Notes: generated by a model from the letters alone, not told the origin. Positions 19,997-31,158 are shown, counted from the stretch's first letter. The stretch: 64,000 nt of DNA from Phycisphaerae bacterium (GCA_963675745.2 CAXXWX010000012.1:1-64000), one strand, 5' to 3'. A program made the numbers and translations.

Positions 19997-21302
19997 GGTC
20001 ATCAGGGTCGCGGTGCGTGAATACAAGGCGGCGGTAAAGACCAAGGCCTTCATCATCATGCTGGTGCTGCTGCCGATCATGATGGGCGGCAGCGCGATCT
20101 GCATGAAGCTGCTCGAGGATCGCCTCGATACCAACGACAAGCGCCTGGCGATCATCGACCGTTCGGGCCAGATCGCACCGGCCGTCGTCGCCGCCGCCAA
20201 GGCACACAACGAAAACGAGATCCACGACGCCGACACGGGAAAGAAGATCGGTCCCGCGTACTACATAGAAATCGTGCCGCCGCGCGCGGATGACCCGGCG
20301 GCACAACGCCTGGAGTTGTCCGACCGCGTTCGCGCGCGTGAGCTCTACGCATTTGTCGAGATCGGCGCGGACGTGGTAGCGCCCGGCGATGATGCAGGCG
20401 ACGCGCGTATCGGCTACCACTCGGATAACGCCGTCATGGACGACACGCGGCGCTGGATCGGCGCGCCCATCAACAACCAGATTCGCGCCCTGCGTCTGGG
20501 GGCCGCCAACCTCGATCCGCAGACTGTTGACGAGATCACGCGCTGGACGTCGGTCGAGCCCCTTGGACTGGTCAGTGTCGGCACCGACGGGGTCGTGACC
20601 GAGGCCGAGCGCAGCAGCGAGCTGGTGGCCATCTTGCGCCCGATGATCACGATGATGGCGATGTTCATGATGGTGATCGCCGGCGTGGCCCCGCTCGTGA
20701 ACGCCGTGCTCGAAGAGAAGATGCAGCGCATTGCCGAGGTGCTGCTGGGCTCAATCAAGCCGTTTGAGCTGATGCTGGGCAAGCTGATCGGCACAGTGCT
20801 GGTTTCGCTGACGATCCTGGCGCTCTACCTCGGGGGCGGGTTCCTGCTCGCCTGGCACAACGATGTCACCGAGTACATTCCGCTTGATCTGCTGCCGTGG
20901 TTCCTGGTCTTCATGGTCGCCGCGATTTTGATGTTCGGCTCGCTGCTGATCGCGCTGACGGCGGCGTGCAGCGATCTGAAAGAGGCCCAGTCGATGATCA
21001 TGCCGGTCTGGCTGCTGATCATGCTGCCGATGTTCGTGTGGCTGCCGGTGGTAAAGCAGCCGTTGAGCGATTTCGCCACATGGGCCTCGCTGTTCCCGCC
21101 CGCAACGCCGACACTGATGCTGCTGCGGCAGACCTCGCCGACGGGCATCCCGGCGTGGCAACCGTGGGTCGGCCTGATCGGCGTGCTGGCGGTAACCGCC
21201 TTCGCGATCTGGGCCGCCGGCCGCATCTTCCGCATCGGGCTGCTGATGCAGGGCAAGGCGCCGAAGCTCACGGAACTGCTGCGCTGGGCCGTGCGGGGGT
21301 AG
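19989..21302 (+). CDS. ABC-2 type permease (NatB/YhaP-like)
   Basis: N-terminal TM, extracellular loop, VLEEK..RIAEVLL...LMLGK, multiple C-terminal TMs; overlaps the ATPase gene. Confidence 0.9.
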   Translation: MRKVIRVAVREYKAAVKTKAFIIMLVLLPIMMGGSAICMKLLEDRLDTNDKRLAIIDRSGQIAPAVVAAAKAHNENEIHDADTGKKIGPAYYIEIVPPRADDPAAQRLELSDRVRARELYAFVEIGADVVAPGDDAGDARIGYHSDNAVMDDTRRWIGAPINNQIRALRLGAANLDPQTVDEITRWTSVEPLGLVSVGTDGVVTEAERSSELVAILRPMITMMAMFMMVIAGVAPLVNAVLEEKMQRIAEVLLGSIKPFELMLGKLIGTVLVSLTILALYLGGGFLLAWHNDVTEYIPLDLLPWFLVFMVAAILMFGSLLIALTAACSDLKEAQSMIMPVWLLIMLPMFVWLPVVKQPLSDFATWASLFPPATPTLMLLRQTSPTGIPAWQPWVGLIGVLAVTAFAIWAAGRIFRIGLLMQGKAPKLTELLRWAVRG

Positions 21303-21380
21303 GGGGGGCAAGGCCGGCGTCAGCTTTTCCCTTATCCAGCCCGACATCGTCGCGAGCCCGCACACGGCCGCCGCGACGGT

Positions 21381-21878
21381 ATGTTGGACCCGCAGACCGC
21401 TACGCGGTACATTCACGATATGCGTAAGCACAAGCGACGGATGGAGACGCTTGCAGTCATCGCCGTGGCGTTCCTGCTCGGCGGGTGTACATCATCCGTA
21501 GCGCGGCCGGACCCGGCACGCTCGAGCTTGCCAGAGCCGGCCATGCCGCCCGGTCGACTTGGTTATCCGCTCGGAAAATACTTGACCATCGAGGGCGTGA
21601 GAGCCGAACGCGGCAAGGTCGGCGTTCGCACGCTCCTGGTGGACAAGGCTGATGGCCGGGAAGTGTCTCCGCCGATCGGGCTGTGGATCGACAATACTGA
21701 TGCGTTACCGGCTGGGACACGGTGCGTATTGCGCGGATACGAGAGCGGTAAGATGATCGGCCTGCCCCGTGAGGTGGCTGAGAAGGAGAATCTCCCGCTT
21801 CCACAGGCCGGCTGGCAGTTCTATCGCTACTTCATCGCGACCTCGGTGGTCGAGCCGATCGACCTGAAGATCAAGTGA
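21381..21878 (+). CDS. Hypothetical lipoprotein (start may be 21420 or 21441)
   Basis: Lipobox-like LLGGC after a hydrophobic stretch. Confidence 0.6.
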   Translation: MLDPQTATRYIHDMRKHKRRMETLAVIAVAFLLGGCTSSVARPDPARSSLPEPAMPPGRLGYPLGKYLTIEGVRAERGKVGVRTLLVDKADGREVSPPIGLWIDNTDALPAGTRCVLRGYESGKMIGLPREVAEKENLPLPQAGWQFYRYFIATSVVEPIDLKIK

Positions 21879-22150
21879 CCCAAGTCGCGCAGGTCGCCTG
21901 ACGCCGGCTGCGCGCCGAGTGCTCGCCTTCGGAGCCACGGCGGTCCGCCCGCGCAGCACATCACCCGCGCCTGGAATCACAGCTACGCCTGCCGCGCGGA
22001 GAGATGCACATTTTCGCGCAGCGCGTTGGTCAAGGCGATGCGGAGACGCTCGAAGACCTGCCGCCGCAAGAAGTTACGATTCTCGAATGGAAGCCGGAGT
22101 GACGCACCGCGCGGCGCTCGCTTCTCTGGCCGCGACGAAGGTGAACCGCG

Positions 22151-24052
22151 ATGCAACGAATGACGGATAACGCAGCGATTCCGTACGGCGCGATGCTTGC
22201 CGCGGCTTTCTGGATGGTTGGGTCAGCAGCGGCCGCCGCGCCGCCACAAACGCGTATCGATGAGATCGCGGCGATGCTGGACGCCGAGCCGATTGGTCTG
22301 GGTCCGACCTGCGCGGATCGGGCGGCGTGGGATGCGTTGGGCAGGCGCGATGACTTTCGGGCCATCGTGGCGGCCGCTGAGAAGTTGCTGACACAGCCGC
22401 TGCCGGAGCAGTCCGAGGAGTTGTTCCTGGACTTCTCGCGCACCGGCAACCGCCGGCCGTGGGAGCGCGTGGCATTCTCGCGACGGGGGCGCATCAAGAC
22501 ACTCGTGCTGGCCGAGTGTGTCGAGAACAAGGGGCGTTTTGTGCCGGCGATCCGGGATTTGGTGGCGGCGCTGTGTGACGAGCCGACATGGGTCTATCCG
22601 GCTCACGATCGGAGCCTGGGGAACTTCCGGCGCGAGCGCATCGACATTGATCTCGGGTCGGCGTACGTCGCCGGCGAATTATCGCTGGCGTATTACCTGC
22701 TCGGCGACAAGCTCGGCGAGGACACACGTACGCTGATTCAAACGACCGTGGCGGCGCGCATCCTGGATCCATTCACCGACATGGTGCGCGGCAAACGCGA
22801 TTCAAACTGGTGGCTGAAGGGCGAGAACAACTGGAACTCGGTGTGTCTGGCCGGCGTCACCGAGGCGGCGTTGTCGCTGGTGCGCGAGCGCGAGCGGCGC
22901 GCATTCTTCATCGCGGCCGCCGAGCAATCCTCAAAGCACTATCTGAGTGGGTTTACCGCTGACGGGTACTGCTCGGAGGGACTGGCGTATTGGAACTACG
23001 GCTTCACACACTATGCGCAACTCGCGATCGTGATCGAGCGGGCCACGCACGGGCGGGTAGACCTGATGGCCGCTGACGGCGCCCGCAAGCCGGCGGGGTT
23101 CGGCGCGCGGTCCGAGATCATCGGCGGCGTGTATCCCACGTTCGCGGATTGCCCCATGAATACCAGGCCAAGCGCCATTCTGGTGGACTACATCGAGCGG
23201 CGGCGCAGCGCGGAAAGCCGCACGCCGCGAGCCTCCACGACAAAGGGCCGCGGCCTGGCCCAGACGGTGGCGTTTACGTTTGGCGCGAGCGGCTCGCGAT
23301 CGGGTGCGGAACAGGGCGTCGTCGAGGAGCATCTGCGCACGTGGTTCGACGAGGCGGGAGTGCTGATCTGCCGGCCCGCGCCAGGCACGCCGGAGCGTCT
23401 GGGAGTGGCCCTCAAGGGTGGGCACAACGCCGAGCATCACAACCACAACGATGTGGGTTCGTTCATCGTTGTTGTCAACGATCGACCGGTGCTGGTCGAC
23501 CCGGGCACCGAGGTATACACGGCGCGCACGTTCAGCTCGCGGCGTTATGAGAGCAAGGTTCTGAACTCCTTCGGCCATCCGGTGCCGGTTGTCGCCGGAA
23601 AACTGCAACGCACCGGGGCCAGGGCTTGTGGACGTGTACTCGAGCGGGAATTCACCGACGCCCGCGACTCGCTGACGCTTGACATTAGCGCGGCGTATGA
23701 CGTCGCTTCACTACAGCGGTTGGAACGCAAGTTCGTCTATGAGCGGGGTAGCGCGGAGTGTTTGCGCGTGATCGACACTGTCGAATTCTCCGAGCCCGAG
23801 CGATTCGAACTCGCGCTCGTGACGTTCGGCAAATGGAGCCAGGTCTCGACGAACGTGCTGCGCGTCGATGATGAGGGGCGTGCCGTAGACGTAGAGATTC
23901 TGACCGGCGGGGTCGAGTTCGCCGTTAACGCCGAGGAAATCGACGAGGATGTGCGGATAGGCAAGAAGCCCACGCGCATCGCGATCACGCTCACACAGAC
24001 GGTGCGCGCCGCCGATGTCACGATGCGGATCAGCCCGGTCCAGGGTAATTAG
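22151..24052 (+). CDS. Heparinase II/III-family polysaccharide lyase-like protein
   Basis: Signal peptide; NNWNSVC, DGYCSEGLAYWNYG, KGGHNAEHHNHNDVGSF, LVDPG..Y, SFGHPVP. Confidence 0.85.
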   Translation: MQRMTDNAAIPYGAMLAAAFWMVGSAAAAAPPQTRIDEIAAMLDAEPIGLGPTCADRAAWDALGRRDDFRAIVAAAEKLLTQPLPEQSEELFLDFSRTGNRRPWERVAFSRRGRIKTLVLAECVENKGRFVPAIRDLVAALCDEPTWVYPAHDRSLGNFRRERIDIDLGSAYVAGELSLAYYLLGDKLGEDTRTLIQTTVAARILDPFTDMVRGKRDSNWWLKGENNWNSVCLAGVTEAALSLVRERERRAFFIAAAEQSSKHYLSGFTADGYCSEGLAYWNYGFTHYAQLAIVIERATHGRVDLMAADGARKPAGFGARSEIIGGVYPTFADCPMNTRPSAILVDYIERRRSAESRTPRASTTKGRGLAQTVAFTFGASGSRSGAEQGVVEEHLRTWFDEAGVLICRPAPGTPERLGVALKGGHNAEHHNHNDVGSFIVVVNDRPVLVDPGTEVYTARTFSSRRYESKVLNSFGHPVPVVAGKLQRTGARACGRVLEREFTDARDSLTLDISAAYDVASLQRLERKFVYERGSAECLRVIDTVEFSEPERFELALVTFGKWSQVSTNVLRVDDEGRAVDVEILTGGVEFAVNAEEIDEDVRIGKKPTRIAITLTQTVRAADVTMRISPVQGN

Positions 24053-24152
24053 GGCGATTGCGGGAGTGGCGCGGCGTCGTTCGTTACGCATCCGCACGGC
24101 TCACAGAGCCGTAGCACACGTGGGAGTGATGCGCTCAGGAGGTTTTGTGCTC

Positions 24153-26525
24153 ATGAAGACCGGCATGGACAGAAGATCACTGACCGCCGCGCTTGTTGGT
24201 CTGTATTTGCTGGTGCCGACACTGGCCACTGCCAGCGATCTGGCCGGCGGCAGCTATCGGCGTTTAACGCACGATGGCGCCTGGTGCTGGTTTTCCGACC
24301 CGCGCGCCGTGTACGACGAGAAATCGAAGTGTACATACGCCGGTTGGGTGAACAGCCAGGGGGACGTTGTGGTGGGGGCGTTTGACCACCAGACGGCCGA
24401 TGTTCAAACGGCGATTCTGCACCGCAAGCTCGAGGCCGACGACCACGCGGCACCTTCGCTCGTGATTCTGCCCGACGGGCGTCTGCGCGCGTTCTACGCA
24501 AAGCATGGCGACAACGTGATGCGCACTCGAATCACACGGCGATCGGCAGATGTCTTGGCCTGGGAGCCCGAGCAAACGCTCGATCTCAACAACCCGGATG
24601 AGCTGAAGCCCGGTCATCCGAACAGCGTCTGCTATTCCAATCCCGCCTTGCTGAGCGGCGGTGAGCTCGTGTTGTTCTGGCGCGGGACGAATTTCAAGCC
24701 GTGCATGGCCGTATCGCATGACCAGGGCGCTGGTTTTGAGACCAGCCACGTGGTATTCGAGGCCCCCGGCGCGGACGCCGGTAATCGCCCTTACCTGAAG
24801 GTAGCTTGCGATGACGGCCAGCTCATTCACATCACGCTGACCACGGGGCACCCGCGCAACGAGCCGCACAACAGCGTGTACTACTGCTCGTTCGACGGAA
24901 CGACGTTCCGCCGGGCGGATGGCGACGTCATCGGGACCATCGACGACCTGCCGCTGGATCCGGCGCAGTGCGATATTGTCCACGATGGTCAGGCGACCGG
25001 CGTACGGGCCTGGATCTGGGACATCGCCGCCGACGCCGATGGTCATCCCGCAATTGTCTATGCCCGGTTGCCGGCCGAAACGCGGCACGTGTACTACCAC
25101 GCCGCCTGGGATGGTGAGCAGTGGGTGCATCACCCGATCGTCGGCGGGGGCGCGTGGTTCCCGCAGACACCCGAGGGCAAGCATGAACCGGAGCCGCACT
25201 ATTCCGCCGGTCTCGTGCTGGATCACGCCGACCCGCGCCGAGTCTACCTCGCGCGCCCCGTGCTCGGCGTGTTTGAGATCGAGCGCTGGGAGCTGGACGA
25301 CAGCGGAGACCGTTGGCGGCAAACGGCCGTCACGAGCGGATCGCGGTTCGACAATGTGCGTCCCTTTGTGATTCGCAATGCGCCGCCGACCGGGCCGCGC
25401 GTGTTGTGGATGTGCGTGGATCAGCGCTATGAGCATTACACGCGCTATGGCTGCTCGATCCGTATGGACCGGCCGGAGCCGCCGCGAACCACCGATCCGC
25501 TGAGTCCGGTGACCATCCAGCGGATTATGGAACGCGTGGGGCGCTGGCAACTAGCGAACCCGGCGCGGCACGCGCCGTGGGATTGGACCAACGGCGCGCT
25601 CTATGCGGGGATGATGGCGCTGGTGCGCGTCTCGCAGGATGGCCGGTTCGAGCAGGCCATGTTCGAGACCGGGAGGGCGATCGAGTGGAAGCCCGGGCCG
25701 CGTGAGTTCTTCGCCGATGACCACTGTGTCGGACAGATGTACATCGAGATATACATGCGTCGGCATGATGAGGCGCTGCTGGCACCGATTCGGGCGGCGA
25801 TGGACGCCGTGGCCGCGCAGCCGGCGGACGAATCGTTGCTGTGGGAAAATGATGTACACCTGCGCGAGTGGGCGTGGTGTGACTCGCTGTTCATGGCGCC
25901 GCCGACACTGGCCCGGCTGTATGAAGCCACCGGCGACGAGCGGTACCTGAAAGAGCTCGATCGGCGATGGTGGAAGACGGTGGATTATCTGTATGACACA
26001 GAGGAGCACCTCTTCTTCCGCGACAGCCGCTACTTCGACAAGCGCGAGGCAAACGGCCGCAAGGTATTCTGGAGCCGCGGCAACGGCTGGGTGCTGGGTG
26101 GCCTGGCGCGCGTGTTGCAGAGCCTGCCGAAAACGCATCCCTCGCGAGCACGCTACGAAACCCTCTTCGTCGAGATGAGCACGCGCATTGCCGAGTTGCA
26201 GCGGCCGGACGGACTGTGGCACTCCAGCCTGCTCGATCCGGCGTCATATCCGCAGCCGGAGACCAGCGGCTCGGGCTTCTATTGCTTCGCGCTGGCGTGG
26301 GGCATCAACAGCGGGTTGCTGGACCGGGACAAGTTTCGCCCGGTAGTAGAACGGGCCTGGACAGCGCTGGTCGATTGCGTGGACGCCAACGGCATGCTGG
26401 AATGGGTGCAGCCGATCGGCGCCGATCCGCGCCTGGTGTGCGCGGCCAACACGGATGTCTACGGTGTCGGCGCGTTTCTGCTCGCGGGTGAGCAGGTTAG
26501 ACAACTCGTGTCAGGCGCGGAGTAG
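24153..26525 (+). CDS. BNR-4-like beta-propeller fused to a GH88/GH105 unsaturated glycosyl hydrolase
   Basis: AGGAGG RBS; N-terminal half GAWCWFSDPRA, DDHAAP, RPYLK, HPRN; C-terminal half WDWTNG, WCDSLFMAPP, FWSRGNGW, ETSGSG, YGVGAFLLAG. Confidence 0.85.
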   Translation: MKTGMDRRSLTAALVGLYLLVPTLATASDLAGGSYRRLTHDGAWCWFSDPRAVYDEKSKCTYAGWVNSQGDVVVGAFDHQTADVQTAILHRKLEADDHAAPSLVILPDGRLRAFYAKHGDNVMRTRITRRSADVLAWEPEQTLDLNNPDELKPGHPNSVCYSNPALLSGGELVLFWRGTNFKPCMAVSHDQGAGFETSHVVFEAPGADAGNRPYLKVACDDGQLIHITLTTGHPRNEPHNSVYYCSFDGTTFRRADGDVIGTIDDLPLDPAQCDIVHDGQATGVRAWIWDIAADADGHPAIVYARLPAETRHVYYHAAWDGEQWVHHPIVGGGAWFPQTPEGKHEPEPHYSAGLVLDHADPRRVYLARPVLGVFEIERWELDDSGDRWRQTAVTSGSRFDNVRPFVIRNAPPTGPRVLWMCVDQRYEHYTRYGCSIRMDRPEPPRTTDPLSPVTIQRIMERVGRWQLANPARHAPWDWTNGALYAGMMALVRVSQDGRFEQAMFETGRAIEWKPGPREFFADDHCVGQMYIEIYMRRHDEALLAPIRAAMDAVAAQPADESLLWENDVHLREWAWCDSLFMAPPTLARLYEATGDERYLKELDRRWWKTVDYLYDTEEHLFFRDSRYFDKREANGRKVFWSRGNGWVLGGLARVLQSLPKTHPSRARYETLFVEMSTRIAELQRPDGLWHSSLLDPASYPQPETSGSGFYCFALAWGINSGLLDRDKFRPVVERAWTALVDCVDANGMLEWVQPIGADPRLVCAANTDVYGVGAFLLAGEQVRQLVSGAE

Positions 26526-26566
26526 CGTCGCGGACAACTCATGCCGCCCAGATGGTGAGGTTACCC

Positions 26567-28921
26567 ATGTACACGCTTCTGATCTGCTGTTTCTGCGCTG
26601 GATTCGCGGGAGCCGACGCAAAGCCGCAGTGGATTGCGCCGGAGATGGCGCCCGCAACCACGCCGCCACGACCTTGTCCGCTGCTGCGCCACGTGTTCAC
26701 GCTGACCGACACGCCGGTCGGCGCCACGGTGCGTGTCATCGGGCTCGGGCACTACGAGTTGCGTCTTAACGGCCAAGTCGTCGGTGACACGGTCGTCAAC
26801 CAGGCCTGGTCGCAGTATGACAAGACGCTGTATTGGCGGGAATTCGACATCACGTCGCTGCTGAAAACCGGGGAGAACGTCTGTGGTGTGGTGCTGGGTA
26901 ATTCGTTCTGGCAGGTGGCGCCGGCCAACGACGCCGGGCGGTTCGTGAAGACCGACGCGATGCCGGATTTCTCGGGCGGGCATCCGTACCTGCTGTGGTT
27001 GGAGGCGCGCATTCGAAACGCCGACGGCGAGGAGACCGTTATCCGGAGTGACTCCGCGTGGCGCTGGACGGACGGGCCGCTGACCTTCTCACACATCTAC
27101 GCGGGCGAAGATTATGACGCCCGGCTTGCGCCAACCGGTTGGGACAAGGCTGGATTCGACGACAGCGCGTGGCAGCCGGCACAGATCGTCGAAGCGCCGC
27201 CGGCGGCAATGCTGGCGCTGAGCAGCCCGGGTCTGAAGACGGCCGAGGTGTTCAAGCCGACAGAAATCCGCGAACCCGAGGCCGGCATCTTCACGTACGT
27301 CTTTCCGCAGAACTGTTCGGCTCTGCTGCGCTTTACGGTGCGCGGCGCGCGGGGCAGCACGATTCGCTTCAAACCCTGCGAGTACATGGACGACGCCGGC
27401 CGCGTGCGTTTCACGTACACCTGGGGCACGGGCAAGGACATCTGGCACGACTACACGCTGCGCGGCGGTGATGATGAATCGCACCAGACGGTCTTCTGCT
27501 ATGTCGGCTGCCAATACGTCGAGGTGACCGGCGCCGTGCCGCGCGGGCATGCAAACCCGGACAGCCTGCCGGTCGTGGCGCAACTGGAGCTCGTACACGT
27601 CCGCGCGGCCAACCGGGTCGCCGGTTCATTCTCGTGCTCCAGCGAGTTGCAGAATCGCATCCACCATATCATCGACTGGTCCATCCGTTCGAACATGAGC
27701 CATGTCCCGACCGACTGCCCCCACCGCGAGAAGAATGGCTGGCAGGAGCAGACGTGGCACATGGCGCGCTCCGTCGGCTACCTGTACGACGTGCACGACT
27801 GGTATCGCAAGATCGCCCGTGACCTGCGCGACACGCAGCTTCCCGATGGGCACATACCGACCAATTGTCCGAACTACCTGGTCGGGATTCCGCCGCACGG
27901 CTTCTGGAACGAGGCGCCGGAGTGGGGCGTTGCCGGCGTGCTGGCGCCGTGGCATCTATACGAGTGGTACGGCGACCGTGAAGCGCTGGCCGCCGGTTAT
28001 GACAGTATGAAGGCGTTTGTCGACTACCTGACATCGCAGGCCAAGGACGGCGTGATCAAGAGCAACCTCGGCGACTGGTATGACTGCGGCCACGACAAGG
28101 GCGACGGTCCGTCGCAATGGACGCCGCTGGAGGTGAGCGCCACGGCGGTCTGGGCGCTGGGGGCATCGACAGTGGCGCGCGCGGCGGCGGTGCTGGATCG
28201 TCCCGCCGACGCGGCGCGCTATCGCGCATTGTTCGAGAAGATCCGGGCCACGTTCCAGCAGCGCTTCTGGGACAGCGCGAGCAAGACCGTCAAGAACAAC
28301 GGCTCGTGCCAGGCGGGAAACGCGGCGGCTTTGTGCATCGATCTTGTGCCGACGGCGGACCGTGCCGCGGCGGTTGAACGCATTGTTGACGATCTTGCAC
28401 GCCGTAAGTGGCAGCAGACAACCGGTGAGGTGCTGCACGTGTTTCTGATTCGCGCACTGGCGGATGCCGGGCGAACAGACGCGCTGCACAAGGTATATGC
28501 CCGCACGGAACGTGGCAGCTACGGCTACATGGTCGAAAGCGGTCTCACGACGCTGCCTGAGAGCTGGAACGCGCAGCCCGGCACCGGCAACAGCCTGAAT
28601 CACTTCATGCTTGGCCACCTGGTCGAGTGGCATTTCGCGTACGTCGCCGGAATACGGCAGCAGCCGGGCGGTGTCGGCTGGCGCAAGATTGTCATTGAGC
28701 CGCACCCCGGGCCGCTGACGCACGCCCAGGCGTCGTTCGACAGCCCCGCCGGGCACATCGCCGGCCAGTGGCGCCGCGCTGACGGCGTCTTTGAACTGAC
28801 TGTTGAGATCCCGAATGGTGTGGACGCGCTGGCTGTGCTGCCGGACGGATCGCGGCACAAGTTGCCACCAGGATCGACGAAGCTGCATTGCCCGGATGTT
28901 GAGCCGTCACCCGGCGGCTGA
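26567..28921 (+). CDS. GH78 alpha-L-rhamnosidase family protein
   Basis: GLGHYEL.LNG, IYAGEDYDAR, PTDCPHREKNGW, LGDW, TTLPESW, SLNHFMLG. Confidence 0.9.
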   Translation: MYTLLICCFCAGFAGADAKPQWIAPEMAPATTPPRPCPLLRHVFTLTDTPVGATVRVIGLGHYELRLNGQVVGDTVVNQAWSQYDKTLYWREFDITSLLKTGENVCGVVLGNSFWQVAPANDAGRFVKTDAMPDFSGGHPYLLWLEARIRNADGEETVIRSDSAWRWTDGPLTFSHIYAGEDYDARLAPTGWDKAGFDDSAWQPAQIVEAPPAAMLALSSPGLKTAEVFKPTEIREPEAGIFTYVFPQNCSALLRFTVRGARGSTIRFKPCEYMDDAGRVRFTYTWGTGKDIWHDYTLRGGDDESHQTVFCYVGCQYVEVTGAVPRGHANPDSLPVVAQLELVHVRAANRVAGSFSCSSELQNRIHHIIDWSIRSNMSHVPTDCPHREKNGWQEQTWHMARSVGYLYDVHDWYRKIARDLRDTQLPDGHIPTNCPNYLVGIPPHGFWNEAPEWGVAGVLAPWHLYEWYGDREALAAGYDSMKAFVDYLTSQAKDGVIKSNLGDWYDCGHDKGDGPSQWTPLEVSATAVWALGASTVARAAAVLDRPADAARYRALFEKIRATFQQRFWDSASKTVKNNGSCQAGNAAALCIDLVPTADRAAAVERIVDDLARRKWQQTTGEVLHVFLIRALADAGRTDALHKVYARTERGSYGYMVESGLTTLPESWNAQPGTGNSLNHFMLGHLVEWHFAYVAGIRQQPGGVGWRKIVIEPHPGPLTHAQASFDSPAGHIAGQWRRADGVFELTVEIPNGVDALAVLPDGSRHKLPPGSTKLHCPDVEPSPGG

Positions 28922-28965
28922 AGAGCTGTCGAGAGTCATGCCGCGCCAGGACTGAATGCCTGACG

Positions 28966-31158
28966 TTATGGTGCCGCGCGGCGTGTCAGCCGCAGCGTCG
29001 AACCCTCGCCCCATTCGGCTCCCGTCACGCAGAGTGTCTCTCCGTCCGGGCCCGGCTGTTTGGGCGTGGCCTCGCCATCCCGTCCCACCAGTTCCGCGTT
29101 CCATACCCCCGGCGGGAGCATTATGTCCAGCGCGCCATCGCTTGTTCCTTCGACGCACGTCATCTCAATCGTGTTTGTCGTGGCGCGTATGCGTAGAACG
29201 CGTTCGTGAAGGTGGATGCGATCAACGGTCAGTTCCGGCCAATCCGACGGAAGCCGTGGAGCAATGCGCACGCCGCCGGGTGTCGGCTCGAACCCGAGAA
29301 AACCATCCAGCATCACGGTCGGCACCATGATGCTCTCATAGAACTCGTGGTCGATACCCAGGCCGCCGGCGGTACCGCCGCCTTGCAGCGTGCCGTCGGC
29401 GGTCGCGTAGTAGGTTCGCGGGCCGCCGGCGTCCTGGACTTCGCGATACCAGGCGATGATGCTGCTCAGCCGTGCCCAGGCGTCATCGGGGCCGAGCACC
29501 TTCAGACGCGCCATCAGATCGTGATACGAGAACCCCAGGACCGCGCCACCATCCTGCACTTGTCCACCCCACGGAATCGACTCCGGCGTCGTCCAGAACC
29601 AGCCATAGTAATCGACATTGCGCCGTGTCGTGCTGCGCGGGGCGAAACGCCAATGGTAGACGTCGGCGCCCTGTGATGTGTCACCCTCGACCACGCGCGC
29701 GCCGGCGATCCAGCTCATGATGGCGGCGGCCTGCCGAGGTGTGGCGTAGTCGTAGTACACGGCTTCGAGGTTCATGAACGTGAAGCCGTAATCATGACTC
29801 CGGCCGTCATCGTCAATGCCGAGAGTGAAACGCTCGGTCGCGCTGTTCCAGAACTCGGCGTTGGCGGTCTTCACTTCTTGCGCGTGAACCTCCAGATCCT
29901 GGGGCTCAAAACGCAACGGGCCGCCCGGGATGTTCCACTCAGGATGGGTGGCGATGGCTCGTTCAAGCTCGGCCATACGCAGCAGCGTGTCGTAGTAGAG
30001 CATCGTTGCGTACGCGTCGCGTCGCCCGAACGGTAGCAGATCCCAATAGTTGCCGCCGATGCCCCGGCCGGGCAGAAGATGCTTGGTGCCGTCCGCGTCA
30101 TGCCCGAGCCCGCTGCGTCCACAGTGCCCGACGAAGGGCGTCACTATGCACTTGTCCCGGCGGCCGTGACACTCGGTCATCAGGTAACGCAGCGCCAGAC
30201 GCATGCGCTGAATCTGATCACGCAGAAAACTGATATCGCGCGTCCAGCAGAAGTAGCGCTCGCAGCCCTTGACGAAGCACTGGTTGTTTACGTTGTGGCG
30301 CGTGTCGTACTGCGCGAAGAACGCCTGGATCTCAACCGTTGCACCGGGCGCGGCGTTTCCGAACTGGATTCGCAGCGACGTGATTCGGCCGGCCCACGCC
30401 GGATGCCGATGCATGGGGATCATGGTGCAGACGAACTGATCCGATGTGACCGCCGCGAAGTACATGCGCCGCGCGGGCGAGAAGTCCGGCGCGTCGGCGG
30501 TCGTCCATTCAATGTAGGGTTGTGCGTCGCCGAGGCCCTGGGCGCGCCAGCGGAGCTGCATGAACGGGGCCTGAAGGACATCAATGTTCACGGGAGGCGG
30601 CTGAAGCGCGGCGTGCGGCGCGGTGAGCTCGACTTTCCAGGCCAGGTCGCTGATGCCGGCGTCATTGCCGTGGATCACGGTCCAGCCGTCCTGATTACGC
30701 ACATGCGTGCTGTGCCAACCATCGGGCATGCCGGCCAGGGAAAAGTGCCAGCCCCAGGCCCCGTCACCACCCTGGCACCAGAACGGGAACGGCCAGCCCT
30801 GCTGATGGGCGATTGAGGCGTGTTGATGCGTGGCCACGTAGCCCTCGGCGTCGATGATCCGGCCGCGCAGCGCGTCGCGCCAGCGCCGGCGCAAGCTGTC
30901 CATCCGTTTGTCAGTCGCCACCGCCGGCCAGAGCGTTGGATCGGCGAGCCACGCATCCCACAGGGTCGCCTTCGGCCCGCCGCGCGCGTAGTGCTCCCAG
31001 TACAGGTCGCGCAGGCCGGCCATCGCCTGGTCGAAGCCGGGAACGACGAAGCGCGGGAAGTCCGCCGGCGGCCCGGCGGTATCCGCAGAGGTCCGAATCG
31101 AGCCGCCGCCGACAATCACGATGACGGTGGCGACATATGCGCAGGCGTTCAAACGCAC
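28966..31158 (-). CDS. Secreted hypothetical protein, probable (alpha/alpha)6 glycoside hydrolase
   Basis: 730 aa with signal peptide; NYWDLLPFG, helical barrel-like core, GFLGFEPT...IAPRLPSDW tail typical of six-hairpin GHs. Confidence 0.55.
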   Translation of the reverse strand: MRLNACAYVATVIVIVGGGSIRTSADTAGPPADFPRFVVPGFDQAMAGLRDLYWEHYARGGPKATLWDAWLADPTLWPAVATDKRMDSLRRRWRDALRGRIIDAEGYVATHQHASIAHQQGWPFPFWCQGGDGAWGWHFSLAGMPDGWHSTHVRNQDGWTVIHGNDAGISDLAWKVELTAPHAALQPPPVNIDVLQAPFMQLRWRAQGLGDAQPYIEWTTADAPDFSPARRMYFAAVTSDQFVCTMIPMHRHPAWAGRITSLRIQFGNAAPGATVEIQAFFAQYDTRHNVNNQCFVKGCERYFCWTRDISFLRDQIQRMRLALRYLMTECHGRRDKCIVTPFVGHCGRSGLGHDADGTKHLLPGRGIGGNYWDLLPFGRRDAYATMLYYDTLLRMAELERAIATHPEWNIPGGPLRFEPQDLEVHAQEVKTANAEFWNSATERFTLGIDDDGRSHDYGFTFMNLEAVYYDYATPRQAAAIMSWIAGARVVEGDTSQGADVYHWRFAPRSTTRRNVDYYGWFWTTPESIPWGGQVQDGGAVLGFSYHDLMARLKVLGPDDAWARLSSIIAWYREVQDAGGPRTYYATADGTLQGGGTAGGLGIDHEFYESIMVPTVMLDGFLGFEPTPGGVRIAPRLPSDWPELTVDRIHLHERVLRIRATTNTIEMTCVEGTSDGALDIMLPPGVWNAELVGRDGEATPKQPGPDGETLCVTGAEWGEGSTLRLTRRAAP

